A stretch of DNA of 64,000 nucleotides from Candidatus Omnitrophota bacterium (GTDB lineage Bacteria; Omnitrophota; Gorgyraeia; Duberdicusellales; 4484-171). Where the stretch lies: assembly GCA_037146775.1 (NCBI GenBank), contig JBAWWL010000004.1, forward strand, positions 86,471 through 150,470, given 5' to 3'. Each line of letters opens with the position of its first letter. Within the stretch, counting starts at the first letter, position 1. Shown here in pieces: positions 9,917 to 20,945 of the stretch. Below the pieces are notes generated by a model, which saw nothing but the letters and a program-made list of their open reading frames with translations, made no database searches and was not told the origin of the DNA. A program made the translations under genes and the position numbers.

Positions 9917-10927
9917 CTATCCGGTAATCTTTGTTTCGATAAATTTAATATAATCGCTCATGGTAGTAACATATAATTCCTTGCGGTTCATAGATATGAA
10001 AGAAAATAAACCAGAAAGCACTTCTTTTAAAAATAACCCGTCTGAAGACGGATGAAACCAAAAATGACATAACCGTCGATGTTTAATGGCCCTCTCTACA
10101 ATAGTTGTGTATTTTTTTATGTAATAATCTGCCTTCCATCCATGGCATGATAGTCCTATTTCTGCTGTAGTAGGGCACTGCCAAAGCCCATACGAATCTC
10201 GACGAGGAAAAGCTAAAACGTCTTTATCTATACGGTAAGACGTAATTCCTTCTTCCTTGAGGACGCTGCGATGACCTATAAAATTACCGGGAAAAACAAA
10301 AGATTTCAATTCGACCCCGAAAGAATGCGCGGATTCTTTGCACTTCTTAACCTCTTTGCGCAGCATTTCTGCGGAACAAACCTTTTCTCGACAATCAATA
10401 TGCGAAAAAGTATGACAAGCTATCTCATGTTTAACGCTCGAGCGAATGATTTTCTCGACTAAATCCGGCGCATACCAAGCCGTGGCATCCTGCCAATTGC
10501 AACAAGGATCTTGATCGAACCACTCTCCGGAAAGAAATTTCCAATATTGGTTTTTGAAATGTTTAGGGCTGATCAAATCCGTATGCACCCGGCCGTCTTT
10601 TCTTGAGCAGCTTTCAAGGAAAAGGTGCCCGACCGTTGCCCAGGTCATTGGCACATTAAACTTTTCGCATAATAGCAAAATCCAATCAACATTCTCCCGC
10701 TCTCTTTTGGCAATGGCCTCTGCTTCCTTGATATTACAATGCAGGAATTGTGCGAATCGCCATGCCCAGGTAAGTTCAAAATCGCAAGAGAAAAGAACAA
10801 CCGCCTTATAAGGTTGGGGGATACTTTTGGAGATGGTGCGGTGTGGGTAATAAACAACCTGGGGTTTATTGCCTAGCGCAAAATTAAGCCGGCTCAACGC
10901 CGCTTTTGTCCTTAATAGATATTTCAT
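9917..10927 (-). CDS. putative polysaccharide deacetylase-like hydrolase
   Basis: Weak CE4-like pattern (CDFE, H-x3-H); assignment is tentative. Confidence 0.35.
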   Translation of the reverse strand: MKYLLRTKAALSRLNFALGNKPQVVYYPHRTISKSIPQPYKAVVLFSCDFELTWAWRFAQFLHCNIKEAEAIAKRERENVDWILLLCEKFNVPMTWATVGHLFLESCSRKDGRVHTDLISPKHFKNQYWKFLSGEWFDQDPCCNWQDATAWYAPDLVEKIIRSSVKHEIACHTFSHIDCREKVCSAEMLRKEVKKCKESAHSFGVELKSFVFPGNFIGHRSVLKEEGITSYRIDKDVLAFPRRDSYGLWQCPTTAEIGLSCHGWKADYYIKKYTTIVERAIKHRRLCHFWFHPSSDGLFLKEVLSGLFSFISMNRKELYVTTMSDYIKFIETKITG

Positions 10928-11841
10928 TTTCCACCGCGATAGAGCTGAAGTAATTCTTTATCCGAAATACCCTGCTCGCTTTTCCTGCCTAAGAAATAAA
11001 AACCGCTGGCAGCCTCATAAGAAGAACTTTTACGAATAAAATAGTAATCAAGATATTTCATCCAAAAAGTTAAAAAAACACAAAATACTCCAATCAATTT
11101 TCTCAAAATCTTCTTATCCGTAATGCTCATGAAAAGATACCGAAAACTCCATGCAAACGCGACAGCCGGCCCCACAACAATCCCCCTATCGATTTCCTGG
11201 AATTGCTTAAAAATGCGGCGGTGGCCTAAATCGGTAAAGCGGGTAAAATCGTATGGTTTGTGGTGTGTTTGCTGCATAAATGGTACTTCATTATAAACTA
11301 TGCCGTTCTTTACCAAAACTCGACGCGCCTCTTCGACGCAATGATAGGGATCCATAACATGTTCAAGAACGGCCTGCAGCACAATACCGTCAAGGGATTC
11401 GCTTGCGAAAGGAAGATTGTGTGCGTCGCAAATAATTTGTGTTCGAGGACCAAAAATAACATCGGTTTCAATACACGTTATATTTTTGTTTTCAACTAAA
11501 GCTTTCACCCCCACACCTAAGGTGCCGGCGCCGACAAGAAGTACCAATGGTTTCTGGCTGTGTGCACAAACAAGACGGATTATTTTCTCAAAGTTCGCGG
11601 CGGCCTTAAAATTCTTCGTATCCGTTGGTACGAGTCTGCGAAGTATTGCAAGAATGCTCTTTTTTCCGGTTTCCTGCTCGGTATCATGTTTTTTACTGAC
11701 AATGTCGTTAATGGTAAATATGCTGGTTTCTTCGTTTAACAACACCGGGATCCCATCCACAATCGGAAAATTTTTTTTACACACAGCGCATTGTATGACG
11801 GTTCCAAAAAATAATTTACCGCGACAACAGGGGGCACACAA
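10924..11841 (-). CDS. class I SAM-dependent methyltransferase with N-terminal Trm112-like zinc-finger domain
   Basis: CxxC...CAVCKKNFPIVDGIPVLL (Trm112-like) followed by Gly-rich LLVGAGTLG SAM-binding motif. Confidence 0.6.
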   Translation of the reverse strand: MCAPCCRGKLFFGTVIQCAVCKKNFPIVDGIPVLLNEETSIFTINDIVSKKHDTEQETGKKSILAILRRLVPTDTKNFKAAANFEKIIRLVCAHSQKPLVLLVGAGTLGVGVKALVENKNITCIETDVIFGPRTQIICDAHNLPFASESLDGIVLQAVLEHVMDPYHCVEEARRVLVKNGIVYNEVPFMQQTHHKPYDFTRFTDLGHRRIFKQFQEIDRGIVVGPAVAFAWSFRYLFMSITDKKILRKLIGVFCVFLTFWMKYLDYYFIRKSSSYEAASGFYFLGRKSEQGISDKELLQLYRGGK

Positions 11842-11994
11842 GTATTTCTTTTATTCTTGCATCAAGCATTGTTTCACCTTATATAATCCGGGTTTCGTTC
11901 CCTGCGATATACACGCCAAGCGGAAAAAAATATGTAAGGCTTTGTCTTAATGATCACCGCACACACACAAAGAGCCGCTGAATATAATAATTAT

Positions 11995-13113
11995 TTATAT
12001 CGCTTCATTTTTTATGCAAAGATCGAGCAAATCATCAACAGTATGATCCAGGCTGAACCGTTCTACGGCGGTCTTCCTTGCATACTCCTTCAAGCTGTCA
12101 AGCCGTGTTTTGTCGCGATAAAGATTGCCTAATAACCTCGCAAGATATACTGGATTTTTTGGGTGAATTAAATATCCGTTGCCCCCTTCTTCAACGATAG
12201 AAGCACACCCTCCTACGTGAGGTAAAATACAGGGCACCCCCATAGAAAGCGCTTCGAGTGCAGAAAGAGGAAATGCTTCGGTAAGCGAAGTTAACACAAA
12301 TACATCTGACACGTTCAGCAACTCTCTTACATCTTTTAACACGCCTAAAAATTTTACTCTTTCATAAATACCCAACCGTTTTAATTTTTTTCCGTACTCT
12401 TCCCTGATGCGGGCTTCTCCTTGACCAGCGATAAACATCTGCCATTCTACTTTTTCACGAGTATTAAAAATACTTAAACCGTGAAAAAGAGCTTCTTGAT
12501 TTTTTATAGGTTTAAGGCTGGCAATGTGCGCTATCGTAAAAATGTTTTTTTCGTAACCATGGACTGCCGTTGGGATGTTTGAGGTTTTTGCGTATACCGC
12601 AGTATCGACACCTGAACGCATCAGTTTTATATCTTTTCTTTTCAGGAAAAATCTTCTCATAATATTCTTTGCCTGTTCGGGATACAAAATAACCCATTGC
12701 CCTCCGAAAATATGTAACACAAATAGATAAAAGAAATCAAACACCCTGTCCCGAAAAGAAAAAGGAGAAATTGTGTGAAATATCAAGAATTTGGGTATTT
12801 TTAATTTAATTGCTTTTAAGGCTCGGGCGGTAAATAAATAGCTTAAAAATCCGTTGGTAACAACAACATGCGGCTGATATTCTTTTATGCGCGCACCAAT
12901 AACGTCGGTAAATCTGAAGATGTCCAGCTTAAATCTCCTCGCCGCAAACAAAAACACGATATCCTTATTAGAAAATGCGGTAATACTTTTGTCTTTCCCC
13001 AAAATCAAAATAGCAACCTCGTGGCCGCGTAGCGGTATTTTTTCTGCAAGATTCAGCATCAGCTTTTCTGCGCCGCCGATTCTTCCGTTGTCTAATACAA
13101 ATAAAATCTTCAT
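11995..13113 (-). CDS. glycosyltransferase family 4
   Basis: MKILFVLDNGRIGGAEK N-terminus and GT-B C-terminal domain. Confidence 0.7.
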   Translation of the reverse strand: MKILFVLDNGRIGGAEKLMLNLAEKIPLRGHEVAILILGKDKSITAFSNKDIVFLFAARRFKLDIFRFTDVIGARIKEYQPHVVVTNGFLSYLFTARALKAIKLKIPKFLIFHTISPFSFRDRVFDFFYLFVLHIFGGQWVILYPEQAKNIMRRFFLKRKDIKLMRSGVDTAVYAKTSNIPTAVHGYEKNIFTIAHIASLKPIKNQEALFHGLSIFNTREKVEWQMFIAGQGEARIREEYGKKLKRLGIYERVKFLGVLKDVRELLNVSDVFVLTSLTEAFPLSALEALSMGVPCILPHVGGCASIVEEGGNGYLIHPKNPVYLARLLGNLYRDKTRLDSLKEYARKTAVERFSLDHTVDDLLDLCIKNEAI

Positions 13114-14285
13114 GTTTTGTCGGTTATACTCTTATATATATCCATGGTTTTTTTGGCGATATTTCCCCACGTCTGGCTTTGTCCGCCAAATTTTTTATTA
13201 ATATTGGCCGACATATTTTTCCTTAACATCTCGTTGGTCAAAAGACCGATGATTGCTTTGGCTAATTGTACCGGGTCTCGCGGCGGAACCACATAACCGG
13301 TAAGGCCGTCTTCGACCACCTCGGGTATGCCGCCCACATTCGTAGCCACAACTGGTTTACCGTAAGCAAACGCGGTCATGATCACGCCGCTCTGCGTAGA
13401 ATCTGTATACGGACACACAACGAGTGTGCTTTTATTGATAATTTTTGCTAACTGTTCATTGGAGAGATAATGATTAATAATCTCGTATGTTTCATCGTTC
13501 TTGATGGCTCGTATATCAAAATAATACTCGCCGCTTCCTGCAATGATTACCTTCAACTCTGGAATTTCTTTTTTTATGATCGGCACCGCTTCTACCAAAT
13601 ATTCGATGCCCTTATACGGACAAATCCTACCAAAAAAAAGGACTGTCGGCGGAGGAGAAGCTTCGTAGTTACATGACTGCGTGGTCAAATGCACCGGCCC
13701 AAACGGCAGCATATATATTTTTTTTCTAGAAAACATAGCGGTTTCTTTCATTAAATTATATTCGAAAGAATTATGCGTGATAATCGCCCTGGATCTGCGT
13801 AGCCATTGGTTTACAATCAGCTGAGACCAGGGACTGAGGCGCAAACCACTATGTTGCATAAAATCATGTATGTCGGCCACCAACTTGTTATACGAAAACT
13901 TGTTTAGCAGGAAAAAATACTGCGCACTCGGCTGCTGCATATGAATGATATCTGTTTCTCCAATATACTTTATTACTTTGCTTGTGTGCAGCCAGTTATG
14001 CAATGATGCGGTAGAGAAGTTTTTGTAAAAAATGACGGCGATTTTTAGGTTGCTCGCAGTTTTATCCAACAAACTCATATATCCTTTCAATTCTCCCGTT
14101 TGTTCATTTGAGATTTCCGTGATTGCCGCATTGGGGGAGATAAACTTGGTGGAAGAAAAAAGATTACCCGCCCGTGTATACAAACAATTCACGACCAGAG
14201 TAATATCTGCGTAAGGTAATAATGAGTTTATAAGCGGAACAGCTGTGTCTAGGTAACAATCCGATGTTATAAATGTTATTTTCAT
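13110..14285 (-). CDS. glycosyltransferase family 4
   Basis: GT-B C-terminal motif (VVCPYTDSTQSGVIMTAFAYGKPVVATNVGGIPEVV). Confidence 0.65.
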   Translation of the reverse strand: MKITFITSDCYLDTAVPLINSLLPYADITLVVNCLYTRAGNLFSSTKFISPNAAITEISNEQTGELKGYMSLLDKTASNLKIAVIFYKNFSTASLHNWLHTSKVIKYIGETDIIHMQQPSAQYFFLLNKFSYNKLVADIHDFMQHSGLRLSPWSQLIVNQWLRRSRAIITHNSFEYNLMKETAMFSRKKIYMLPFGPVHLTTQSCNYEASPPPTVLFFGRICPYKGIEYLVEAVPIIKKEIPELKVIIAGSGEYYFDIRAIKNDETYEIINHYLSNEQLAKIINKSTLVVCPYTDSTQSGVIMTAFAYGKPVVATNVGGIPEVVEDGLTGYVVPPRDPVQLAKAIIGLLTNEMLRKNMSANINKKFGGQSQTWGNIAKKTMDIYKSITDKT

Positions 14286-14512
14286 GTTTCTGGTAAATGT
14301 TTTGTCCGGCTTTTTTGCTGATATGCCTGCACCTTACACGAACACGAAGAGACCCCCGCCACACAAGCCTTAAACCCCGTGATATTGCGGTGGGGCAAAA
14401 GATGAAAAATGTTTTGCTGAAAACTTTCGGCATCCAAATAGCCATTCGAATGCCATGTATAGTTTATTGAGCCAACGGCTCACCCCAAAAAACTCCGTAA
14501 TAAGATTTATTT

Positions 14513-15802
14513 CTATTGAAGAGCATTTTGGTATATCGTTATAAACTTGGCTGCTATATTGCACCAGTCATAATGATCTTTAGCAATGTTTCTATCTAGA
14601 ACTTTCGGTAATTTTTTTGTCTTTAATATCTCTTCTAATTTATATTCCCATTCTTGGTAGCTGCGCACATCCGCAAGACACCCCACCCGCTCTTTTTCCA
14701 TAAGCTCCGCGGTCTGCCCTGTTTTTGTAGAAAACACCGGAAGTTCACAGGCAAACGCTTCCATGATACTAACCGAAGCACCTTCGGATAAACTTCCCGA
14801 CAAAAACATGTCGGCGCTGCTTAAATATTTTACCAATATTTCCCCTTTTCGATAACCTTCGAACTTTATCATGTTTTTCTGTAATAACGGTTGGGCTAGG
14901 TTTTGTAAATAACGCACATATCCGGGCTGGCCGCTGCCGATGACGATATATAAAAAATTGTATCGCTTGGCTAACGCATTCAAAACAGCGATTAGTTTGT
15001 CTTCTTGTTTTCTAACATTATAATTGGCGACGGTTATCATCACAAAAGTGTCCAGCGGTAATTGTAATTCTTTTCGACATTGCATTGTGTCCATTTTTTT
15101 AAAAACAGAAAAATCGCATCCCATGGTAATTTGTTTCAATTCATGCTTGTAAATCCTGCTTACATGCTCTATGTTTTTAGCGGAACAGTACGTAATATGA
15201 TGTATTTTATTGATGTGTCTTTTTAACCATATATGCTGGCTTAGAAGGCCGAGCTTACTGGGAATGTTCTTGGTAAAAGTGAAAAACTGCGTTGAAGGTA
15301 TTTCCAATTGCGCTCCGTGCAAAGAAAAAACAATGGGAATATTGTCGACAGTTTCTAAAATATCTTTGTTGATCCCCGGAAAAGAACCGTTGAGATGGAA
15401 AATCACAGGTCCTCGCTCGCCCTCTTTTTTCAACGCGTCTATCATAGGCGCAGACGATACTTCTTCTACGCGCTTAAGCCCATATAATTTTTGTATGCAT
15501 TGTGCAGGAAATACACGGCAAGTTAACCGATTCTCAAAAGTATGACTATATACTCTATCGGCTCTGATATCTGGTTGCCAGATTTCATAATCGAATTCGT
15601 CTGTTAATTTTAAAATTGCCTTGCCCAGAAGATGGGGAAAATCGTCATTCCAAATCCCAATCCAATTTTTATCTTCCGCATTCCATTTTCTGTCCGGTTC
15701 GACTTCGGAAGAAAATATATCATAGGGGGGCAGGTGGTTAATGACATTCAATATTTTTGTTTTACCGGACCGGCAATTATGTTTCATTAATTGGCCATGC
15801 AC
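14513..15802 (-). CDS. glycosyltransferase family 4-like
   Basis: C-terminal GT-B pattern (SLSEGASVSIMEAFACELPVFSTKTG). Confidence 0.5.
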   Translation of the reverse strand: MHGQLMKHNCRSGKTKILNVINHLPPYDIFSSEVEPDRKWNAEDKNWIGIWNDDFPHLLGKAILKLTDEFDYEIWQPDIRADRVYSHTFENRLTCRVFPAQCIQKLYGLKRVEEVSSAPMIDALKKEGERGPVIFHLNGSFPGINKDILETVDNIPIVFSLHGAQLEIPSTQFFTFTKNIPSKLGLLSQHIWLKRHINKIHHITYCSAKNIEHVSRIYKHELKQITMGCDFSVFKKMDTMQCRKELQLPLDTFVMITVANYNVRKQEDKLIAVLNALAKRYNFLYIVIGSGQPGYVRYLQNLAQPLLQKNMIKFEGYRKGEILVKYLSSADMFLSGSLSEGASVSIMEAFACELPVFSTKTGQTAELMEKERVGCLADVRSYQEWEYKLEEILKTKKLPKVLDRNIAKDHYDWCNIAAKFITIYQNALQ

Positions 15803-15916
15803 ATGTGTGTAGTAACTTATGTGCTGCTACTTTTATTGAATACATCTACGTGCTACTTCTAACCAATCTATCTAACGAAGATCTCTTCCGAGAAAAAATA
15901 TGCTTCTTCCTGGCTT

Positions 15917-16831
15917 TTAGAGATACGGCCCCGTACCTGTTTTGCCTCGAAAAAAATCTCTTATGCCTCTGATGACCGCAATATATCTGGTTATAATCGC
16001 CCCCACCCGGCAATAGGTTAATTTGATGATAAAATTATAAAGTATATAAGCGAGATGGCGCACAAATACGCGGTTACTGCCGGTGTGTTTTTTGACAAAA
16101 TATAACGCGCTTCTTGTGAGATAATACAGCGTTTTTTTAGAATCGTCTCCGAAAGTGGTGCTTGTCCAATGATACACAATTGCCTGCGGTTCATAGATAA
16201 TACTGCCGCCTTCCTTAATAATGCGGTAACACAAATCGGTTTCTTCCGAATAATAATAGAATTTTTCGTCAAAGCCGCCGAGTTCTATAAAATACTTGGC
16301 GGAAACCAGGAAAGCGCATCCGTTTACAAACTCGACGTTTTCTGTTTTATCATATTGCCCCTTGTCCTTTTCACCGTTACCTCTATTTGTAACTACCAAA
16401 GATGCTTTATTAAAAAAACCTCCCGTGGAACAAATAATATCTGAGAAACCTCTGTAAATTTTTGGACCAACGGCTTTTGTGCGCTCTTCCTCGAAATGAA
16501 AGGATAACCTTAAGATGCACTGTTTATTCAAAATAACATCGTTATTTAAAAACAACAACAGCTCGGCATCCCTCGCTAGAAGATATTGGGCTGCGCGGTT
16601 ACAGGCGGCTCCGTATCCGTAGCGTTCATTCATACACAAAATTTCGACACGGTAACCTCTTTCGTCAAGCTCGTTACGCAACTGTTTTTCGCACAACTCA
16701 TTTGACCCATTATCAACGACAAGCAGTTCTATATTTCTATAATCTGAATGTAAAACAGATTCGATAGCAAGCAGGGTGCTATATACATTATTATAGGTAA
16801 CTATGGCCACTCCCACTTTTTTAGCGTTCAA
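15917..16831 (-). CDS. glycosyltransferase family 2
   Basis: N-terminal VAIVTYNN...D.GS GT-A signature. Confidence 0.7.
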   Translation of the reverse strand: MNAKKVGVAIVTYNNVYSTLLAIESVLHSDYRNIELLVVDNGSNELCEKQLRNELDERGYRVEILCMNERYGYGAACNRAAQYLLARDAELLLFLNNDVILNKQCILRLSFHFEEERTKAVGPKIYRGFSDIICSTGGFFNKASLVVTNRGNGEKDKGQYDKTENVEFVNGCAFLVSAKYFIELGGFDEKFYYYSEETDLCYRIIKEGGSIIYEPQAIVYHWTSTTFGDDSKKTLYYLTRSALYFVKKHTGSNRVFVRHLAYILYNFIIKLTYCRVGAIITRYIAVIRGIRDFFRGKTGTGPYL

Positions 16832-17024
16832 CTCTTCTCCTCCTTTACCTCCGCAGCGACAGGCGTCCTATCGCACAAACAGGTACGTAAACTAAGTAAA
16901 TTTTTGTGTGCGCAAAAATCACAACGCTGTTTTCGAAACATTATCATTGCGCTTTGCCAGCCCGATTCTTGATGAATATTGCCTTCGGCGTTTTGCTCTT
17001 ATGTGAGCTGGATACTTTCAAGAA

Positions 17025-18431
17025 TCAGGTTTCTTGCAAAAAATCACGCGCCGTAAATTGTTCACATATTGCAAAAAATATCATTGTAAATACTACTTGA
17101 TACGAATAAGACAAACTAAATAAGTCCCACGTGAGCGCATATCCTCCCAAAAACGTACATAAACTCACCAGCAACACCCGCAATGACGATCTTGTCGGAT
17201 CGGAAAACGGTAATCGTCGCATAGACTGAAAGATAAGCTTCAGGTACGAGATGGTTAAAAAACAAAATATAGCCAAACCCATAACCCCAAACATCAACAC
17301 TGTATTAAAAAACCCCCAGTTATTGTCATAATATTCATAGGAAATATCAGAAAAACCATACCCCAAAAACATGTTATCTTTGATTCTCTGAAGCATGGGC
17401 TGTAACCCCTGTATCCTGGCATCAAAGGTATCGATATGGTGCCCCTCGCCCTTCATCAGAAGAAAGATCTGAAAGACCCTGCTAAATACACTTTCCTTGA
17501 TGTATGCGTCCGTCAACAAACCAGTGTTAATAAAAATAATCAGAACAAGCGCAGCGACGCAAATAAGCATAATAATATGGCCCACGGAACGCATTCTAGT
17601 AAAATAAACTCCTAATAGAATACAAAAGAACATGCCAAACATGAATCTTGTAGCAGAAAGTAACACACTTATAAATGCTATCATTGTTATGAAGTAGAGG
17701 TAATATTTTATGGGTGTGTTCTTCTTGTAAGGTAAAAGCAGCATTGGGCCGATATAGCATAGAATGAGGAGGCCCCACGCACCGGTAACCGGCCTTACTT
17801 CACCGGTAAGAGTATTGGTGATAACCATGCGCTCAAATGGAACAAGTACATTTATGAGTTCCTGATTGTTCATGAGCATATAAAACTGCGAAAAAAGCAG
17901 AAAAAATACGGCAGGAAAGAGCAGGTAGAAAAATTTGCACACCTTCTCTTTCGTGCCGACAAGGCCAAGAAAACTAATGAGCCAGGTCAGGTGAAATACT
18001 GGCCTCAAGAATATTATAGGCGTTTTGATGGAGGAGCTATTGATGGCGCCGCTGATAAAAGAAACCACGAGGTACAATATCAAAAGAGTAAAAGGAGTTT
18101 TTACTTGTATTTTTACGGGCTTTTTATAGAATAAAACTTTTAAAAACATGAGTACAGTAAAAATATCTGTAGGGGTAAAGGAAATGCGGGGTATAGGTTG
18201 AATGAGTGGCAGTCCAGCGCTCTCCGAGTTGAGAAAAAAAGATGCGGGAGTTTGCAGAAGTATGAAAAAAAACGCAATGAAAAAATAGTCTTTATTAGAA
18301 ACCCAGGCCCAAAGCAAAAGCGCTATAAAAAAAGGTAGAGCGAATACTTTGTGAAGATAAACTACATATACCGCCAGGGCCAGTACTATATAGAATAATA
18401 GCACCTCTTTGAAGAACTTTGGTTGTTTCAT
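17025..18431 (-). CDS. Wzy_C family membrane protein (O-antigen ligase / polymerase / possible PglL-like O-oligosaccharyltransferase)
   Basis: 468 aa, roughly 10-12 predicted TM helices with one large periplasmic loop containing Arg/His. Confidence 0.5.
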   Translation of the reverse strand: MKQPKFFKEVLLFYIVLALAVYVVYLHKVFALPFFIALLLWAWVSNKDYFFIAFFFILLQTPASFFLNSESAGLPLIQPIPRISFTPTDIFTVLMFLKVLFYKKPVKIQVKTPFTLLILYLVVSFISGAINSSSIKTPIIFLRPVFHLTWLISFLGLVGTKEKVCKFFYLLFPAVFFLLFSQFYMLMNNQELINVLVPFERMVITNTLTGEVRPVTGAWGLLILCYIGPMLLLPYKKNTPIKYYLYFITMIAFISVLLSATRFMFGMFFCILLGVYFTRMRSVGHIIMLICVAALVLIIFINTGLLTDAYIKESVFSRVFQIFLLMKGEGHHIDTFDARIQGLQPMLQRIKDNMFLGYGFSDISYEYYDNNWGFFNTVLMFGVMGLAIFCFLTISYLKLIFQSMRRLPFSDPTRSSLRVLLVSLCTFLGGYALTWDLFSLSYSYQVVFTMIFFAICEQFTARDFLQET

Positions 18432-18447
18432 AATCGTTTACGCGCTA

Positions 18448-20277
18448 CTAGTAGAATTTCTGCTCTTGCCAATATTCGTAAAATTTACCTTTCCGCGCAA
18501 GCAAATCTTCCAAAGATCCCTCCTCAACAATTCTACCTTTTTCCAACACCAAAATCTTATCCGCATGTTTGATGGTAGAAAGACGGTGGGCAATGGCGAT
18601 GACCGTTTTTCCTTGTAGCGTTTCACTTATTGATTCCTGGATCAATCGTTCGGTCTTTGAATCCAACGAACTTGTTGCTTCATCCAAAATAAGTATGTCG
18701 GAGTTTTTAAGCAAAGCTCTGGCTATAGAAACTCTTTGCCGTTCTCCTCCGGAAAGTTGTACGCCCCGGTCACCAATATACGTATCAAACCCGTCGGGTA
18801 AACTTGTGATAAAATCGTATAAACGCGCTTTTTTGGTAATGCCGACAAGTTCTTCCTGCGATACGGCCCGCCTCAAACCATACACAATATTGTTTCTGAA
18901 GGTATCATTGAAAAGCCAGGTGTCTTGGCTGACTACCGCCACGGAAGCCATTAGAGAAGCAGGGGTAAATTCACGGATGTCAATCCCATCAATCAGTATG
19001 GAGCGCGGCGGACAGTCATAAAAGCGTAATAAAAGATTTATGCAAGTGGTTTTCCCGCTCCCGGTCGGACCTACTAAAGCTATCATTTTTCCTTTTTCAA
19101 TGGAAAAAGTGACGTCTTTCAATACGGGCGTGTCGCTGGTATACGAAAAATTCAAATGCAGCATTTCCAATGCCCCGGTCAACCCGGTAAATGTTTTAGC
19201 ACCGCCGGTGATAATGTATTTGTCTTTATCCTCTAGCATATGTCTCACAACGGCCAGCGGGCCGCTAATGCTCGCAAACGCGGATCGCATCTGGTTTAAG
19301 GAGTTAAAAGTGGTTTGCGATTTTTTCAGGAGATAAAAAAATACCAAAAAACTTCCTATCTCAATGGTTTTGGTTTTACCCACCATAAACGCCATAAAAG
19401 AAAGAAGAAATAAAGTTGCCACCTGCACAATCACATCCTGCAGGGGACCGACCAAAAGCTGCTTCTTCTCTATGCTAAATTCCAACGTTTGTACTTCATC
19501 GCTTTTTGATGCGAATACCTTTTTTTCTTTTTCTTCGTTAGTATATAATTTAACCAGCGGCATACAAGATAGCACATTGAAAATATTTTTGCCGAGAGCG
19601 CTATACGCTGTTATGTAACTTTTGGAGGTTTTTTTTATTTTCACCATCAGCCACTTCAGGGAATAATTAAGGATCGGAAGAATAGTGATAATAAAAATAC
19701 TTACCTTCCACGAAATGAAAAACATCATCATCAAATACACCATCAGCATCAGAAGATAGCTTAACATACTTCCCAACCCCGCAAGTTGAGCGGTAATAAA
19801 TGTGATAAAATCTAATATTATGCTCTGAAGATACCCCGCGTTGTTGCGATCGAAAAACAATTTACCGAATATCAGATAACGATCAAAAAGAAGTTTTCTA
19901 AGTTCGTTGCCAAACCTTTTAATTTGATACGCGGCAGTGACTGATGCCAGATATTGAAATACATTTTTGGTTATCGAGGCGATAAACACGGTAAATACCA
20001 GCATTACAAAAACAGGGCTTCTTGGCGCATCAAATAGAGCGGGAAACGTGGCGATAATGGTCTTAAAAAATGGCATCACGCGCACAAAATGGAAGTCCAT
20101 CTTAATGATTCCGTTGGCCATAGGTATAAGAATACTCACGGCTACCGCTTCAAACAAAGCTGCGCCGACAGAGAATGCAATTGTTGCGATAAAATAAGCG
20201 GGACGCACGCCTACTTTACGTAAGAACGCCTTAAGCTGCATCGTGTTGAGATATATTTTTCTGATTTTCGTACCCAT
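18448..20277 (-). CDS. ABC transporter permease/ATP-binding fusion protein (MsbA/PglK/Wzk-like exporter)
   Basis: N-terminal six-TM domain; Walker A GPTGSGKTT, ABC signature LSGGERQR and Walker B ILILDEATS. Confidence 0.85.
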   Translation of the reverse strand: MGTKIRKIYLNTMQLKAFLRKVGVRPAYFIATIAFSVGAALFEAVAVSILIPMANGIIKMDFHFVRVMPFFKTIIATFPALFDAPRSPVFVMLVFTVFIASITKNVFQYLASVTAAYQIKRFGNELRKLLFDRYLIFGKLFFDRNNAGYLQSIILDFITFITAQLAGLGSMLSYLLMLMVYLMMMFFISWKVSIFIITILPILNYSLKWLMVKIKKTSKSYITAYSALGKNIFNVLSCMPLVKLYTNEEKEKKVFASKSDEVQTLEFSIEKKQLLVGPLQDVIVQVATLFLLSFMAFMVGKTKTIEIGSFLVFFYLLKKSQTTFNSLNQMRSAFASISGPLAVVRHMLEDKDKYIITGGAKTFTGLTGALEMLHLNFSYTSDTPVLKDVTFSIEKGKMIALVGPTGSGKTTCINLLLRFYDCPPRSILIDGIDIREFTPASLMASVAVVSQDTWLFNDTFRNNIVYGLRRAVSQEELVGITKKARLYDFITSLPDGFDTYIGDRGVQLSGGERQRVSIARALLKNSDILILDEATSSLDSKTERLIQESISETLQGKTVIAIAHRLSTIKHADKILVLEKGRIVEEGSLEDLLARKGKFYEYWQEQKFY

Positions 20278-20318
20278 AGTACTGGCTCCTCAACCGTTGA
20301 TTGAAAGAAAAGGGAATG

Positions 20319-20945
20319 TTATTGGCGAGAAACGTTAACTTTTTTTTCGAATCGTTCCCAGCCACCCCTTAAACTGATCAAGAAAGATATGCAGATTAGT
20401 TTTAAATCTAAAAGAAAATTAAATTTCTTAATATATTCCAAATCATATTTTAGTTTCTCTTCGACATCGGTATCGTGTTTACCGTTGACCTGGGCTAAGC
20501 CGGTTAAACCCGGCCGCATTGCGTGCCGATCAGCGTATCTTGGCACGGTTTTAATAAACTTTTCGACAAAAAAAATGCGTTCCGGCCTTGGCCCAACAAC
20601 ACTCATATCCCCTTTTAAAATATTGAGAAGTTGTGGAGATTCATCCATTGCACTCGCACGTAGAATTTTGCCTAATTTAGTTACTCGCGCATCCTCCGGC
20701 CTCGACCATACGGGCCCGGTCTCTTTTTCGGCATGCTTTATCATCGACCGAAATTTAAGGTGCCGGTAAATTTTACCGTCCTTACCTACCCGTTCATCGG
20801 TAAAAAAAATCGGCCGGCCATCTTCGAGTATAATGGCAAACACGATCAATATCCACAAGGGCAACGCAATAATTATCCCTGTTATGGAAAAAACCACATC
20901 AAACAACCGTTTTATTTTAAGCTGAATGAGCCTATTCTGTACCAT
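20319..20945 (-). CDS. undecaprenyl-phosphate sugar phosphotransferase (small PglC/WbaP C-terminal-type bacterial sugar transferase)
   Basis: KRLFDVV...PLW single re-entrant helix followed by the conserved catalytic domain (KFRSM, PGLTGLAQV); 208 aa. Confidence 0.75.
   Translation of the reverse strand: MVQNRLIQLKIKRLFDVVFSITGIIIALPLWILIVFAIILEDGRPIFFTDERVGKDGKIYRHLKFRSMIKHAEKETGPVWSRPEDARVTKLGKILRASAMDESPQLLNILKGDMSVVGPRPERIFFVEKFIKTVPRYADRHAMRPGLTGLAQVNGKHDTDVEEKLKYDLEYIKKFNFLLDLKLICISFLISLRGGWERFEKKVNVSRQ

Noticed and set aside
11417-11950. 177-aa plus-strand ORF inside the Trm112-methyltransferase gene, and similar antisense ORFs throughout the glycan locus
   Set aside because: The minus-strand genes have clear domain signatures and tight operon-like packing; the plus-strand ORFs are by-products of AT-rich codon usage on the opposite strand.
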